The position numbers and the translations under genes were made by a program. Below are positions 1 to 12,400 of a stretch of 64,000 nucleotides of DNA, piece by piece. The notes beneath the pieces are model-generated. The model worked only from the letters and a program-made list of their open reading frames with translations. It had not been told where the DNA came from and ran no database searches. The stretch covers positions 79,298,001 through 79,362,000 of the forward strand of contig NC_043005.1 of NCBI RefSeq assembly GCF_006345805.1, given 5' to 3'. Source of the DNA: Octopus sinensis (lineage: Eukaryota). How positions within the stretch are numbered: position 1 is the first letter of the stretch; each line of letters starts with the position of its first letter.

Positions 1-61
1 ATATATATGTGTGTGTGTGTGTGTGTGTGGTGTGTGTGTGTGAGTGTTTGTGTCTATATAC

Positions 62-124
<63 letters not shown>

Positions 125-126
<2 letters not shown>

Positions 127-340
127 TTGTGTGTCTGGGTTTGTCAACCCAACATCACTTGACAACTGATGGTGGTGTGTTTACTTCCTCATAACTTAGC
201 GATTCGGCAAAAGGGACCGATAAAATAAGTACTAGACTTCCAAAGAATAAGTCCTGGGTGCGATTTGCTCGACTAAAGGTGGTGCTCCAGCATGACCGCA
301 GTGAAATGGCTGAAACAAGTAAAAGAGAAAAAGAAAAAAG
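125..340 (+). mobile_element. SINE family B (tRNA-derived), 3' half following its internal (TA)n/(TG)n tract at 1-124
   Basis: Matches the 3' halves of full copies at 42390-42812 and 54900-55312 (caacatcacttgacaac...ggtgctccagcatgacc...ctgaaacaagtaaaagag). Confidence 0.85.
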
Positions 341-426
341 GTAGAATTATTGACATAGAGAGAAATACACATATCAATGATCCAGCATACTTTGTTTTCT
401 TTCTGAATTAAGACTATGTCCGGCAA
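341..426 (-). mobile_element. Fragment of the restriction-like endonuclease domain of an R4/R2-group non-LTR retrotransposon
   Basis: Minus strand translates PDIVLIQKENKVCWIIDMCISLYVNN, the PD...D motif of REL endonucleases; short and isolated. Confidence 0.55.
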
Positions 427-471
427 TAACTAATTCATTATATAACTTATGATATTCTCTGGAAACAGTAA

Positions 472-543
<72 letters not shown>

Positions 544-591
544 TTACTGTTTCCAGAGTATATCTAAAGTTATATAATGAAATAGTTATTG
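424..591. repeat. Fold-back palindrome: 51-bp inverted arms around (TA)33
   Basis: 424-474 caataactaattcattatataacttatgatattctctggaaacagtaagga is the near-exact reverse complement of 541-591. Confidence 0.95.
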
Positions 592-1225
592 TTTTTTTGT
601 TTTGTTTATCCCAGGTCATTTCTTATCGAACGGCGCTATGATCAAAGCGTTGACTATATTGTATTTAAGATTACATATATAGAATTGCTATCAGAATAAA
701 GTCTCGAATTTTTGTTGCTGTTTATTTGAGGATCATCAGAACTGAAATACAGTGCTATCATTAAAGGCATTCCAGGTATCCTCATCCTGTCTTTTATGTG
801 AATATAATATATCTAAGACTATATCAGCGAATTCTGGTTTTCGCTTCAAAACGATACGGAATTATTCAAGAAAGTTTTGGCTGCAATTACGAACAATTTG
901 ATCCAACCACTTTGTGATTCCCACATTATTGTTATTTACATAGATAATTCTTTTCAGTGGATATTGAACTGTAAGTAATATCGCAAGTAGCTATGAATGT
1001 GCGATATGGTATCATTGCAAGAAATCAATAGGAAAATTCTTTCGTCGAGATTCGCAGAGCAAGCGAAGGAGACATGATTGGAACGATTTTATTTTAGCGA
1101 AACGAAAAGAACAATAGACTCAACTAGTTGATTCCTGTAGAGTCAGTCGATTTGCTAGAAATAGTAAACAAATCTTCGTCGTTATTACACCTTATGATAA
1201 TTTTAGACAAATGATACATGAATGC

Positions 1226-1380
1226 GGGCGGGACTGTATGGTAAGAACTTTGCTTCTCAACTACAGGCTTCAGCGTTCAGTCCCACTCTGTGGCACCTTG
1301 GGAAAGTGTCTTCATCTATAGCCTCAGGGTGACCAAAGCCTTGTGAGTTGATTTGGTAGACGGAAACAAAGTAATCTGTC
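1226..1380 (+). mobile_element. SINE family B, degraded 5' half
   Basis: tRNA-like head (tggtaagaactttgct...gttcagtcccact) plus ccttgggaaagtgtcttc...ccaaagccttgtgag body. Confidence 0.8.
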
Positions 1381-1854
1381 CTACACACACACATATGTCC
1401 ATATATGCGTGAATGTGTGCCTCTGCTTTTATTAAAGCTGCAAAATTCTTCGCAAACTGAAGCTTTAATAAAAACATATTACTCTTCTTCCGGTACTTAA
1501 CTTACTTTCCTACCTTGTCTTGCATTTATGTGCTTAATGGTACACGCACACACACACGCACACGCACACACACACACACGCACACGCATACACACACACA
1601 GACACCACACACACACTCATATGTTTATATAAATGTAAAATCTAAGGATCGAAGTGTAGGAAAACGTTTAGCTTCAAACAAACCATAGGAACTATAAAAA
1701 AAAAATAGCTTTCAGAGACAATAGAGGTTTAGTGAGAGGGAAGTTTCTGAGTTTTTTTCAGTTTCGAAGTATGGTAAGCTGAAAAAAAAAACTGTTTTAT
1801 ATTTCACGGTAAGCAGCCAGTGTTACCAGGTATGAGAATAAAATACGAGAGAGC

Positions 1855-2061
1855 GACCGGAATCTCGGAAGTGGTAAATATCCAAGCGAGGTGTATACCG
1901 CAGGTTACTCTTCAGGCTACATCCTGATCGAATCGTCCGTGTGTTGACATGTGACTCCTTACCACAATGTAAATTCCATTTAATCAAAACAGCCTTTGGC
2001 TCGAAGAGAAGCTTGTTGTAAACACCTCACCTGGATAGTTACCCCTTCCGAGGTTCGGGTC
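1855..2061. repeat. Imperfect fold-back inverted repeat (arms ~72 bp, spacer ~63 bp)
   Basis: 1855-1926 gaccggaatctcggaagtggtaaatatccaagcgaggtgt... aligns at roughly 75% with the reverse complement of 1990-2061. Confidence 0.85.
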
Positions 2062-2100
2062 CCTATGAAGCATATAGCCCCGATATTATCTACTCCATAC

Positions 2101-2131
<31 letters not shown>

Positions 2132-2299
2132 CATACATACATACATACATACATACATACATGCATACATACATACATACATACATGCATACATACACGT
2201 ACATGCATATATACACACATTTGCTTGTGTGTTTGCCAGTGATATTCGTATCTCTCACTCTGCGTGATTACTGTTTAACTGAATTCATTGTGTTATCTC

Positions 2300-3146
2300 A
2301 TGAATAGGGGAGGCTGCGTAAATCACTCAGACAACTTTTGTTTTGTCTGTGGAAAATTTGCTCAACGTGACCAGCGGAGGAACATTGCCACCAAATTAAA
2401 AATTGCCAAACAGAATATTATTTCGGGTGTAAAGTTGAGGATTAAGACAAGAGGTGCTGCACCGTGTGTTACGGAAGGGAATGCCTTTTGTAGTACCAAT
2501 GGTCATGCGTGATCCGACCGATTATGTCTCTGTTACTTTTGCATGACTAATAGTAGTTTCTCAAAGAAAACCAAAGAAAAACTTCTGTATGCAGATTGTA
2601 AGTCGGCTCTAAAACCGGTCTCATATGACTTCGAGAATCCTGGTTCAGTTCCTCTCTCACATGAGTCACTTGAAGACATTGACACGTTGCAGGATTCTCA
2701 TATCGACGATGAGTAAGTAGTTGATCTAAGAAAAATGAGCCAGGCTTGTTTAATCAAGAAGCTTTGAACGATATAGTAAGAGACCTGACATTGTCAGAGG
2801 AGAAGGCAGAAGTTTGGGGATCCAGAGTGCAGCAACGGAATCTCCTACAGCAAGGTGCGAAAATTTCCATTTTCCGTTCTGGCCATGAAGGCTTGTCTGT
2901 CTTTTTCAAGCAAGAAAATAATGCTTGTTTCTGTAGTGAATTTAATGCACTCATGCAAAATCTGGGACACGTGCATGTGGCTAACGAACGGAGAGTGTGT
3001 ATAAACTCGAGTAAGGTTAGCCTGAAAGCTGTGTTGTTACATAATGGTAATGAAAAACCATCCATTCCTGTGGGTCACATTGTCGGTATAGTCGGCTATG
3101 CCTACATACATGCATACATACATACATACATACATACATACATACA

Positions 3147-3182
<36 letters not shown>

Positions 3183-4253
3183 CATACAAAGGCGGCGAGC
3201 TGGTAGAAACGTTAGCACGCCGGGCGAAATTCGTAGCCGTATTTCGTCTGTCGTTGCGTTCCGAGTTCAAATTCCGCCGAGGTCGACTTTGCCTTTCATC
3301 CTTTCGGGGTCGATAAATTAAGTACCAGCTACGCACTGGGATCGATGTAGTCGACTTAATCCCTTTGTCTGTCCTTGTTTGTCCCCTCTGTGTTTAGCCC
3401 CTTGTGGGTAGTAAAGAAATATATATACATACATACATACATATATATGAATCGATGGAATTCATTCTGCAAGGAGTTAATTACTCAGTTCACAAATGGA
3501 ATATTTGTGGTGATTTAAAGGCGGTTTCCTCCCTCCCATGACTGCAGCTGGGATATACTAAAAATGTGTGCTTCTTGTGTGTTTGGAACGGCCGCGACGA
3601 AAGCAATCATTACACTGCAAAAAAACGGCCAAAAAGAGATGAGCTCATACATGGTCAGTACAATGTGCAGCATATGCCACTGGAAGATCCGCAAAAGATA
3701 TTCCTTCCACTCATTCAATTCAAACTCGGCCTCGTGGTGAAAAACGTCGTAAAAGCAATGACACAGGATGGTCGTGGCTTCCAGTACATAAAAGTGAAAT
3801 TTGGTGCTGAGAAAAGAGATGCAAAGCTGAAATTAGATATTTTCATTGAACCCAAGATCAGAACATTGATATCAGATAGCAGATTCAGAGGTAAACTGAA
3901 TTCAGTCGAGCTGACTGCAGGAGATTCATTCGTGTTAGCTGTAAAGAACTTTCATGGAAATCACAGAGCTGAAAACGATACTGACTTAATAATATACGTG
4001 TTAATAGCGTATGAAAGAATGAGATGCCGAATGTCCTTTAAAATACACTTCTTGCATCCTCATCTCGGTTTTTCCAACAAATCTTGATGCCGTTAGTAAT
4101 GAGCATGGCGAAAGGTTCCACTAGGACATATCTGACATGGAAACGAGGTATCAAGGTTGGTTCAATCCAACATGATGGGTGACTAGTACCGATTCCTACA
4201 ACGGGAGACCAGCATGACACACAAGCAAGAGCAAGTGTCTCAAACCTTTCTGA
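2300..4253 (+). mobile_element. Chapaev3-like (CMC/Transib-RAG-related) DNA transposase pseudogene, frameshifted and interrupted by a SINE
   Basis: N-terminal Zn finger CVNHSDNFCFVCG...YFG...CYFC; LNDIVRDLTLS; INSSKVSLKAVLLHNGN (D1 mutated); WNICGDLK (D2, ~3497-3520); CFLCVWNGR; LPLIQFKLG; FKIHFLHPHL; SNEHGERFH*DI..METRYQG (catalytic E region). No TIRs recognised. Confidence 0.85.
3191..3421 (+). mobile_element. SINE family A (tail type 1), full length, inside the transposase and flanked by (TACA)n tracts
   Basis: A-box-like tggtagaaacgttagc, B-box gagttcaaattcc, central gtcgactttgcctttcatcctttcggggtcgataaattaagtacc, tail ...ccccttgtgggtagtaaagaaata. Confidence 0.95.
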
Positions 4254-4405
4254 GCTGAGCATATCAAAAATAAAATGAGTATTCCTTTAACATAAATATA
4301 CTATGTAACAATATGTTATAATACTATCTGCCTTGAACATAAATATACTATATACCGTTCTAATCATCATCATCATCATCAGCAGCAGCACCAGCAGCAC
4401 CAGCA

Positions 4406-4790
4406 GGCACAATGGCCCAGTGGTTAGGGCAGCGGACTCGCGGTTGGAGGATCGCGGTTTCGATTCCAAGACCGGGCGTTGTGTGTGTTTATTGAGCGAA
4501 AAACACCTAAAGCTCCACGAGTCTCCGTCAGGGGGTGGTGGAAACCCCTGTTGTACTCTTTCGCCCCAAGTTTTTCTCACTCTTTCTTCTTGTTTCCTGT
4601 CCCCGACTTCCTACGCAACCGCTGAGCCTGCATGCGCATTATGCATCCGTCGATGGTCTCGGTTTTGGGCGTTGACCTGCTTTCTCTTCTGTGGGTCTTA
4701 CGAATAGCAAAGGACCAACGTTTCTGACTTCTCCCACTACAGAGGCGCGATCTTGCGAGCTCTGGGACGAAGACCGCTTTGCTCAACAAA
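4406..4790 (+). mobile_element. SINE family C head/body (4406-4600) joined to a distinct tail (4601-4790)
   Basis: A box tggcccagtgg, B box gtttcgattcc; body matches 19570-19763(-), 37040-37175 and 61222-61390; the tail differs from those copies. Confidence 0.8.
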
Positions 4791-4807
4791 CAAACAAGCA
4801 GCATCAG

Positions 4808-5025
4808 CGTTTAACGTCCATGTCCATTGCTAGCACGCGTGGCACGGTAACACAAAAGCTAGCCAGGCCAAAGCCTGCCCCAGAGTTGTGGGACTGTTGT
4901 GACAGGATTTTTACAGCTGGAAGCCCTTCCTAGCACCAACCCCTCTGCAGAGTGGACATCGTACTTTTTATGTGGCACAGACACAGGTGAGGTGAATAGT
5001 GCTTTTTTATGTCGCACAAGCGACG
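4808..5025 (-). mobile_element. Degraded SINE-like fragment of another family
   Basis: Reverse complement carries ggttggtgctaggaagggcttccagctgtaaaaatc, a common SINE/RTE-associated domain. Confidence 0.6.
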
Positions 5026-5220
5026 TCAGTATTGGCATGATTAAATATACTATTATAATTAATAATTATTTACATTGAACTTAACTATTCCTGATATTAA
5101 TATGGTATTAATATATAATTATGGGCATAATTCAAAATCCTGACGTGCTACAGCAATTCTAAGTTTAAATTCGGAATCAATTGGCTGGGTAGCAGACAAT
5201 AAGTTTTTTGCTGCCACCCA

Positions 5221-5287
<67 letters not shown>

Positions 5288-6333
5288 GGCAATAAGAGAA
5301 TGGAGGAGATCAATAGGTGGTTCATCAACTTGTTTGGAAAAAATAATGGAAATTCCTAGCGTCATAGCATCATAATTTTGAAATATCTGTAGCAAGCCGT
5401 AAAAGGCGGTAATATGACGTAATGGTCATGTTGCCCGAACAAGTATAATTGTTAGTTTCCCATTGGTTAAAATTACTGCCCAAATTTGAATCCTAAACTT
5501 TCGTCAAAGAGAAATCTTTCACGAAATACGGTTCTTAGAATTCAGGTATGAGCAGCTTTAAAAACCCTGATTTTGGGGGAAATTACTCAGTGATCGTTGG
5601 TTGTCCCTAGTGATTCACGACACTCATACTAGTGTTCGTTGGTTGTCACTCATTTCAACAACACTCACTCCTTTGAGCTATTGGCTATTTTTATGCCATG
5701 TCGATAACTTAGATCCAATAAAACTTATTTGAATTGTTGTGTAAACTCTACTATAATTTTGTATGAAAGAATTAGCTAAAATAAATATTATCTCGTATCT
5801 CTCGACGAAGAATTTCTTTGGCTTCTAAATGTACTGTAAATATATAACGTACACAAATATACTAATTTAGTAAATAATTTCTCTTTCTTCATTTTCTTCA
5901 GCCTGTTAATTAAATTTTATTCTGCAACTATGAAACTGTTTTTATAGCAGTAAAATAGAACACGAACGTATTTATCTTTAACATACATGTACGTTTCAAC
6001 ACGCACGTTTTAGCGTCATGAAGTATATAACTCATCACGGCGTTTATATATAGCTTTAGTTAAGATTTAGGTATAGTGATAATACTTATAATTAAGTTAT
6101 AAGTGACGGGTTTATCAATATAGATTCCTACTCAAGAAATAAGATATATTTATTATCTATTCCAAGTCGAAGCCATATAAATACGATAAAATAAATCACC
6201 CTTATCAAAATCAGTCACCGTTATATATCTATAAAACCGTCAAAAGCTTGTTTATGTTTATGTTTTTTAATTTATTATTAGTGTTGCTTAATATGTTTTG
6301 CTTAATATGTTTCTTTTCAGATATCATTAGAAA

Positions 6334-7394
6334 ATGGTAATTATAATTATCGGACTTTCAGAGAGGTCAAATTGTTGGTGCTCGTATGGCAGGCGCTAGT
6401 GTAATGAAAACAACCGAAATGTTTGGTGTATCATGAAGTACTGTCTCGACAGATTTTGAGAAAGAGGGGAAAAACCTCCTCGCCGAAAGAAAACTCCGGA
6501 AGAAAACGAAAACTCTCAGATAGGAACCGTCAGACTCTTATACGAATTGTTAGAAAGGATCACAAAATACAGCTCCCAAAATCACTGCAGAGCTTATTGA
6601 CTACACCGAGAACTCAGTTTCCACAAAAACCGTTCGCCGGGAGCTGTTCAAAGCCGGAATTCACTGGAGGGCTGCAATCAGAAAAAAATTCTATTTTCTA
6701 AAACAAACGTTGTAATGCGTTTAGAGCGGAGTAAAAACCTAGAGAATTGGTCCCTAGAGTAGTGGAAGAATGTTATTTTCTCGGACGAGTCATCTTTTAC
6801 CTAATTACCGACCACCGGACGAGTATATATGTGGAGATTGACCCAGTCTGTCTTCTTCCAACTGTTAAACATGGAGGAGGATCTGTGATGATCGAGGGGG
6901 TGGGGCTATAGTTTAGAAATTCGCCGGCCCAATGTTTTGCCTGCTTTGTGTGAAGACTATTTAAGCATTTTATCTGCTCAAATTCATCCTATACTTCTGG
7001 AACTGTTTCAGGAGGGTGACGCAATCTTTCAGGATGATATTTCACCAATTCACACAACTAAAGTTGTTACTGAATGGCACGAGGAACATTCTAGTGGAGT
7101 TGAACATCTTATCTGGTCAGTACAGTCCCCAGATCTCAATATTATTGAACATTTATTGTGCGTTTAAGAAAAACAAGTAAAGAGTTGATTTCCTCCACAA
7201 TCACCACTACAAGAACTGATGACTGTTTTAGCTGAAGAATGGACAAAATTTATTTGGAAACAATTCCAACTTTGTACGAGTCCTTATTTCATAGAATTCA
7301 AACTGTATTTACTGCAAAAGGCGATCCTACCCCATATTAAAATAAATTTGTTTGAAACTTTAAGGTGTTTCCATTATGTTGTCCAAACCCTGTA
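6334..7394 (+). mobile_element. Tc1-family (DD34E) transposon: decayed transposase plus 3' TIR and TA
   Basis: SDFQRGQIVGAR; GRKRKLSDRNRQTL; FSDESSF (D1 at 6784); TVKHGGGSVM; FQDDISPIH; SPDLNIIEH; stop at 7338-7340; ends ttgtccaaaccctg+TA. 5' TIR not seen. Confidence 0.92.
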
Positions 7395-7399
7395 TACAA

Positions 7400-7500
7400 G
7401 TACTTGCATCGGTTCATTCGACTAAAAATTCTGCAAATTGGTGCCCCATCTTGGCCGCAGTCAAATGGCTGAAACAGGTAAATAAAAACAGCAGAAAAAG
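7400..7500 (+). mobile_element. SINE-B-like 3' tail fragment
   Basis: ttcgactaaaaattc...ggtgccccatcttggccgcagtcaaatggctgaaacaggtaaa. Confidence 0.7.
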
Positions 7501-8356
7501 AATACAAACCTACAAAATGGCATTACATGAAAATTCTCTTTAAACTTCCACCTGCAGTTGTCATGCAATATGAAAGCTATGTGTAATTTAAATAGCTTCT
7601 ATGAACAGATGCCTCGGAAAACACTTATAGTGTAAAAAATAACCCAGCGTTCATCAACGACATCAAAACAAAACATTTTCGATCTAGGAGCAGTACATCG
7701 TCCTACACGTTTGTAATATAAAGTTATAATCTCGAGCCATACTGACAAGACATATCATCATAACCTCTTACTATGTTTCATAGTGATGATATGCTTGTAA
7801 TATCAATGAATCTACATGGTTAATCATTTACCATTGTTTAACCCATTAAGCAAAATAAGCAAATGCGGGGCGAGGGCACCAAAGAAATAAAAATGGCTTA
7901 CAGCACGAAAGAAATCACTTTAAACTTGTTAAAATAATATTCGTAATGTCTTATCTCTACTCAGTATAGAAGCCGAAGTTTTTGCGTAAAACTAATTTTA
8001 ACGATATCATCGAAGACTTTGCAATAAAAAAAAAACGAAGGAGAAAAAGGTTTCAAATATAAATAAAATGGAAGCATACAAAAATAAACATTATTTCCCA
8101 TCTTACTGTGAATTTTGTTTCATTTTGAAAAATAAAAATATATTTTATGGTTTGTTATCGTATACGTTTTGAATTATTTTTGTTTACATTTTGAATAATT
8201 CACATATAATTGCGGGAACCAAAACCTTTAAGTGCTTAGGGCCACTATAGCTTTTAATTCGGCCCTGGGTAAATAAAATATAGGCCTCTCTTTCAGAGCC
8301 AGAACTCACTACAGCGTTTATCAGCACTAAGTTACTACACTATACAGCTTGCTTAA

Positions 8357-8572
8357 GGCGGCGAGCTAGCAGTAAAGTTAGCACGTCGGGCGAAATGCCT
8401 AACTGTATTTCGTTTGTCTCTACGTTCTGAGTTGAAATTCCGCCGAGGTCAACTTTTAGCTTTCATCTTTTCAGGGTCGATAAATTAAGTACCAGTTGCG
8501 TACTGGTGTTGATCTAATCGACTGGCCCCCTCCTCAAAATTTTCGGGCCTTGTGTCTAGAGTAGAAAATAAT
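8357..8572 (+). mobile_element. SINE family A (tail type 2)
   Basis: A-family head and centre followed by cgactggccccctcctcaaaattttcgggccttgtgtctagagtagaaaa. Confidence 0.9.
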
Positions 8573-8711
8573 ATACCGCTTACTACTCAGATATCAGTGA
8601 TTTTGTAGCTGCTGTACACAAAAACAACAAAAGTATGTGACCATCTTAGCAAGTATTCATTCACTGGCGAAATACAGTCACTAAATCTTTTATTATTATT
8701 TTTTTCATCGT

Positions 8712-9030
8712 TTACTTGTTTCCGCTCAGTCACTAGGCTGCGGCCATGCTGTGGCATTGCCTTGATGGATTTTAATCGAAGTAGTTGATCCCAGTAATTT
8801 TGTACGCATGGTACTTATTTTGTCGGTGTCTTTTGTGAAAACGCTACGTTACGGTGGTGCAAACAAACCAACACCCGTTGTCAAGCAGAAGTGGAGGGAA
8901 CACGCACGCACTCACAAACACATATATACACACACACTCACACAAGCACACACACTCACACACACGCACAAATACACACACAGTTGCATACATGATGGGC
9001 TTCTTTCAGGTTCCATCTAGAATTTCTATA
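8712..9030 (-). mobile_element. SINE family B, degraded, with expanded internal (CA)n
   Basis: Reverse complement of the B tail (ttacttgtttcc...gcggccatgctg) and of part of the B head. Confidence 0.7.
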
Positions 9031-9199
9031 CATTTCAATGCATTACGTTAAAGGTGGTTTTTTTTTTGTGCGTGGTTAAATTTATTTTTTCCCTTTGTAA
9101 AATTTAAATGTTTTAATGATCGAAAGATAATTCTTCCCACAACAAGAATTATACATATTTTGTTTATATACTTTTTATATTATTGTATTTATTAATCTT

Positions 9200-9378
9200 T
9201 TCTACTATTGGCACAAGGCCTGAAATTTTGGAGTAGGTTACTTAATTTATCGAACCCAAAAAGATGAAAGACAAAGTCGACCTCGGCGGTATTTGAACTC
9301 AGAACATAAAGACGGGCGAAATGCTGCTCAGTATTACGCCCTGCGTAATGACAACTCTGCTAGTTCGCCGCTTTTATA

Positions 9379-9436
<58 letters not shown>

Positions 9437-9845
9437 GAATTCGATGGGATTTAAACTCAGGAGGTATAGAAACAGGCGAAAGGTGAAGTAGCATTTTGTC
9501 CGACCCGCTAACAGTTCAGCCATATCAGCATACTAATAATCCCTTCTCTTAAAGGCACAAGGCCTGAAATATGGGGGTGGGGGTGGAAGTAACCGGTCGA
9601 TTACATCGACCTCAGTACTTGACTGGTACTTAATTTATCGACACTAAAGGATGGAAGGCAAAGTCTACCTCGGCAGTATTTGAACTCAACGATAGTAAGA
9701 AAAGTGGTGTGATGGTTAGAGTCGTTAGCACGCCGGGTGAAATGCTTGGGGATATTTCACACAGTATGTATGTTCCGAGTTCTAATTCCGCCGCGGTCGA
9801 CTTTGCTCTCGATCGTCTCGATCATTTTGCCCGGCGTGCTAACAA
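9200..9845. mobile_element. Cluster of four SINE-A copies/fragments in both orientations, including an inverted head pair (9724-9744 / 9824-9844)
   Basis: Minus copies at ~9200-9370, 9430-9530 and 9540-9690; plus head at 9705-9810; gttagcacgccgggtgaaatg ... cattttgcccggcgtgctaac. Confidence 0.85.
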
Positions 9846-9849
9846 CAAA

Positions 9850-9967
<118 letters not shown>

Positions 9968-9971
<4 letters not shown>

Positions 9972-10290
9972 CACTCAGTGAACGCAAACCACTACCAAGG
10001 CAACACCAACGTCCTCTGAACGGTTAGCCGGAGATGATAATTTAAAATGATAATATCTGAAATACACTCGATTGGGTCTCACCATCGAGAATACTTGAAC
10101 CTCGGCACTGTCAAAAGTTAAGCAAAAATAACAGGAAAATAATCCAGAATCATTGTCCGGTACTGGATCGATCCCAAAATATAATCAGTTCGTGCCAGTT
10201 ACGAGGCTAAACATCCTTGAAAGTATGAACATTTGAAATCAATATTACCGCTCGTGGATTCGATAAGTTACAAATGGTTTGTATAGGGAA
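9968..10290 (+). mobile_element. Helentron-type non-autonomous element (HINE/DINE-like), family 2, 5' portion
   Basis: Homologous over ~250 bp to 58838-59153(-): ccaaggcaacaccaacgtcctc...aataatcc...gatcgatcccaaaat..aatcag.tcgtgccag. Confidence 0.75.
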
Positions 10291-10354
10291 ATTTACATGA
10301 TTATGTACACTTTCATTTTTTTAATGTCAATTACGACTGACAGGAACATATAAA

Positions 10355-10475
10355 TATATTGGTTAATTTCGACCCCAAAAAAATGAAAGGCAAAGTCGAC
10401 CTCGACGGAATTTGAACTCAGAACATAAAGACGGGCGAAATGCTGTAAAGCATATTGCCCGGCGTAATGACGTCT
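10355..10475 (-). mobile_element. SINE-A fragment
   Basis: aatttcgacccc...gaaaggcaaagtcgacctcgacggaatttgaactcagaac. Confidence 0.85.
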
Positions 10476-11304
10476 AACGTTTAGTGAACTATAGTAAAGA
10501 TTAATAACCTCCTGGATAGTATGCTAATTTAGCGCAAATAGCTTCTCAGAAATATTTAGCAACAATTTTTTGTATCATTTGGCTTTAAAGAATGTTAAAT
10601 ATGTCAGTAATTTTTAAAGATTCCTCGGTCTTTATCTCACTATATTTCAGGGATATCTTTTTTTTTTGTCTCATTTACCTTTTTTTGTCTCACTTTCCAC
10701 CGAAAGAATTTTTCTGGGAAAGAAAAAAAAACGAAAGAAAGACATGAAAAACCCAGAAATATGAGGCTACCGCTGAATACATTAGCAGCCCACCAAGCGG
10801 TGCACTTAATGTATATTTATTGACAATTTTTGAAACGTATCTAGCGTGATGTATCGTTATAGATTATAAACTCCAGGCCGATTCTACGCTTCTTTTTCCT
10901 CTTTTATAGCATGATATCCAACACAAAATTTCCCCCCACTGTTTGTGCCAAAAACTCAATAACACAACATATATAACGTACATAAACTTAACTTCTGCTA
11001 CATCTCGACTTTAAAAAGCCGAAACAAAACCCAAATGAAAATACTCTCCGTATAATATCTTTCTTACTGAAAGAGAATCAGTTATCAAAGCTGGTTTATA
11101 TTTTCATGCTATTTTACTTTTTAATGTTCTATTACATCCATTCAATGTGTATTGTTAGTCATATCTGGGAGTGTCAGGACAAATGACTATTGTTGGCTTT
11201 ATTTGTCATATCCTAGTTGTTGCTGTAAAGGATTGTATCCATTGTGTAAACGAACACCTTAATATACACATACACACACACACATATATGTATATATAAA
11301 TATG

Positions 11305-11390
<86 letters not shown>

Positions 11391-11621
11391 ATATACATAT
11401 ATATATATAGGTATATGTGCATGTATTTCTACTTTTTCCTTTCTATTTTCGTATTTTTTAATATTCTTTATTTTCTATAACCAGTTATTCATGCTTTTGT
11501 AGCTTTCTCGATTTAACTTTCTTTACATTCTTGCATTTATACATACATATATATATATATATATTATATATATATGTATATATATATAAATATGTATATA
11601 TATATATGAATGTATATATAT

Positions 11622-11664
<43 letters not shown>

Positions 11665-11922
11665 TTTGTGTATTTATGTAGTTAATGCTTTATGTATTAA
11701 TATGACCAATGCAATAACTTAAATATCAGATTAAATACTCAGCAATATGAGAAGCATACAGACACACATATATAAAATAAAAGAAATGCACTAAAATTCA
11801 TGTGTTAACTCTGTCGCTCGGTGGAGTTATTTCGACTTAATTTGTATGATTGACTGTTCAAAGTTATCTATCTATCTAGTTAGCTATCTAGCTATCTATC
11901 TGTCTGTCTATCAATTATATCA

Positions 11923-12071
11923 CTGTGTGGCAAGAAGCTTGCTTCCCAACCACATGTTTCCGGATTCAGTCCCACTGTGTGGCGCCTTGTGCAAGTATTT
12001 TCTACTACAACCTCGGGCCGACCAAAGCCGTCTGAGTGAATTTAGTAGAGGCAAACTGAAAGACGTCCGTC

Positions 12072-12073
<2 letters not shown>
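11923..12073 (+). mobile_element. SINE family B 5' half; its 3' half resumes at ~12405-12465 after an inserted element
   Basis: gtgtggcaagaagcttgcttcccaaccac...ggattcagtcccactg...ctgaaagacgtccgtcgtatata. Confidence 0.85.
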
Positions 12074-12109
<36 letters not shown>

Positions 12110-12113
<4 letters not shown>

Positions 12114-12290
12114 GGAATTTACATAAAACAAACCATACAAAAGACGAAGGCTGGTGTGTAAACAACAAAAATAGATGTATTAGTTTAACGCTCTGGAAGT
12201 GAGAAAGTATTTTACGTTTCAAGCCTACGCTCTTCGACAGAAAGGAACACAGAAATAAACTGAGAAAGAGAGAGAGAGAGAGAAAAAGGT
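12110..12290 (-). mobile_element. Penelope-like terminal-repeat fragment bearing a hammerhead-like motif, inserted in the (TA)n of a SINE-B
   Basis: Unique ~180 bp between (TA)n and (GA)n/(CA)n tracts; contains motif HH1. Confidence 0.55.
12209..12244 (-). ncRNA. Minimal type I hammerhead-like motif HH1 (core A6 mutated)
   Basis: cttt-CTGTCGA-A-GAGC gtag GCTT-GAAA-CG-TA-aaat: stem I ttt/aaa, 4-bp stem II, palindromic stem III ACGT. Confidence 0.6.
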
Positions 12291-12323
12291 TTCGTGGTTA
12301 GCGATCAATCAATCCATATGCAA

Positions 12324-12400
<77 letters not shown>

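Noticed and set aside
5981-6028. Hammerhead-like motif on the minus strand (TTCATGA...GAAACGTACAT gtat)
   Set aside because: Two core mismatches and no cleavable triplet; at most a very old remnant
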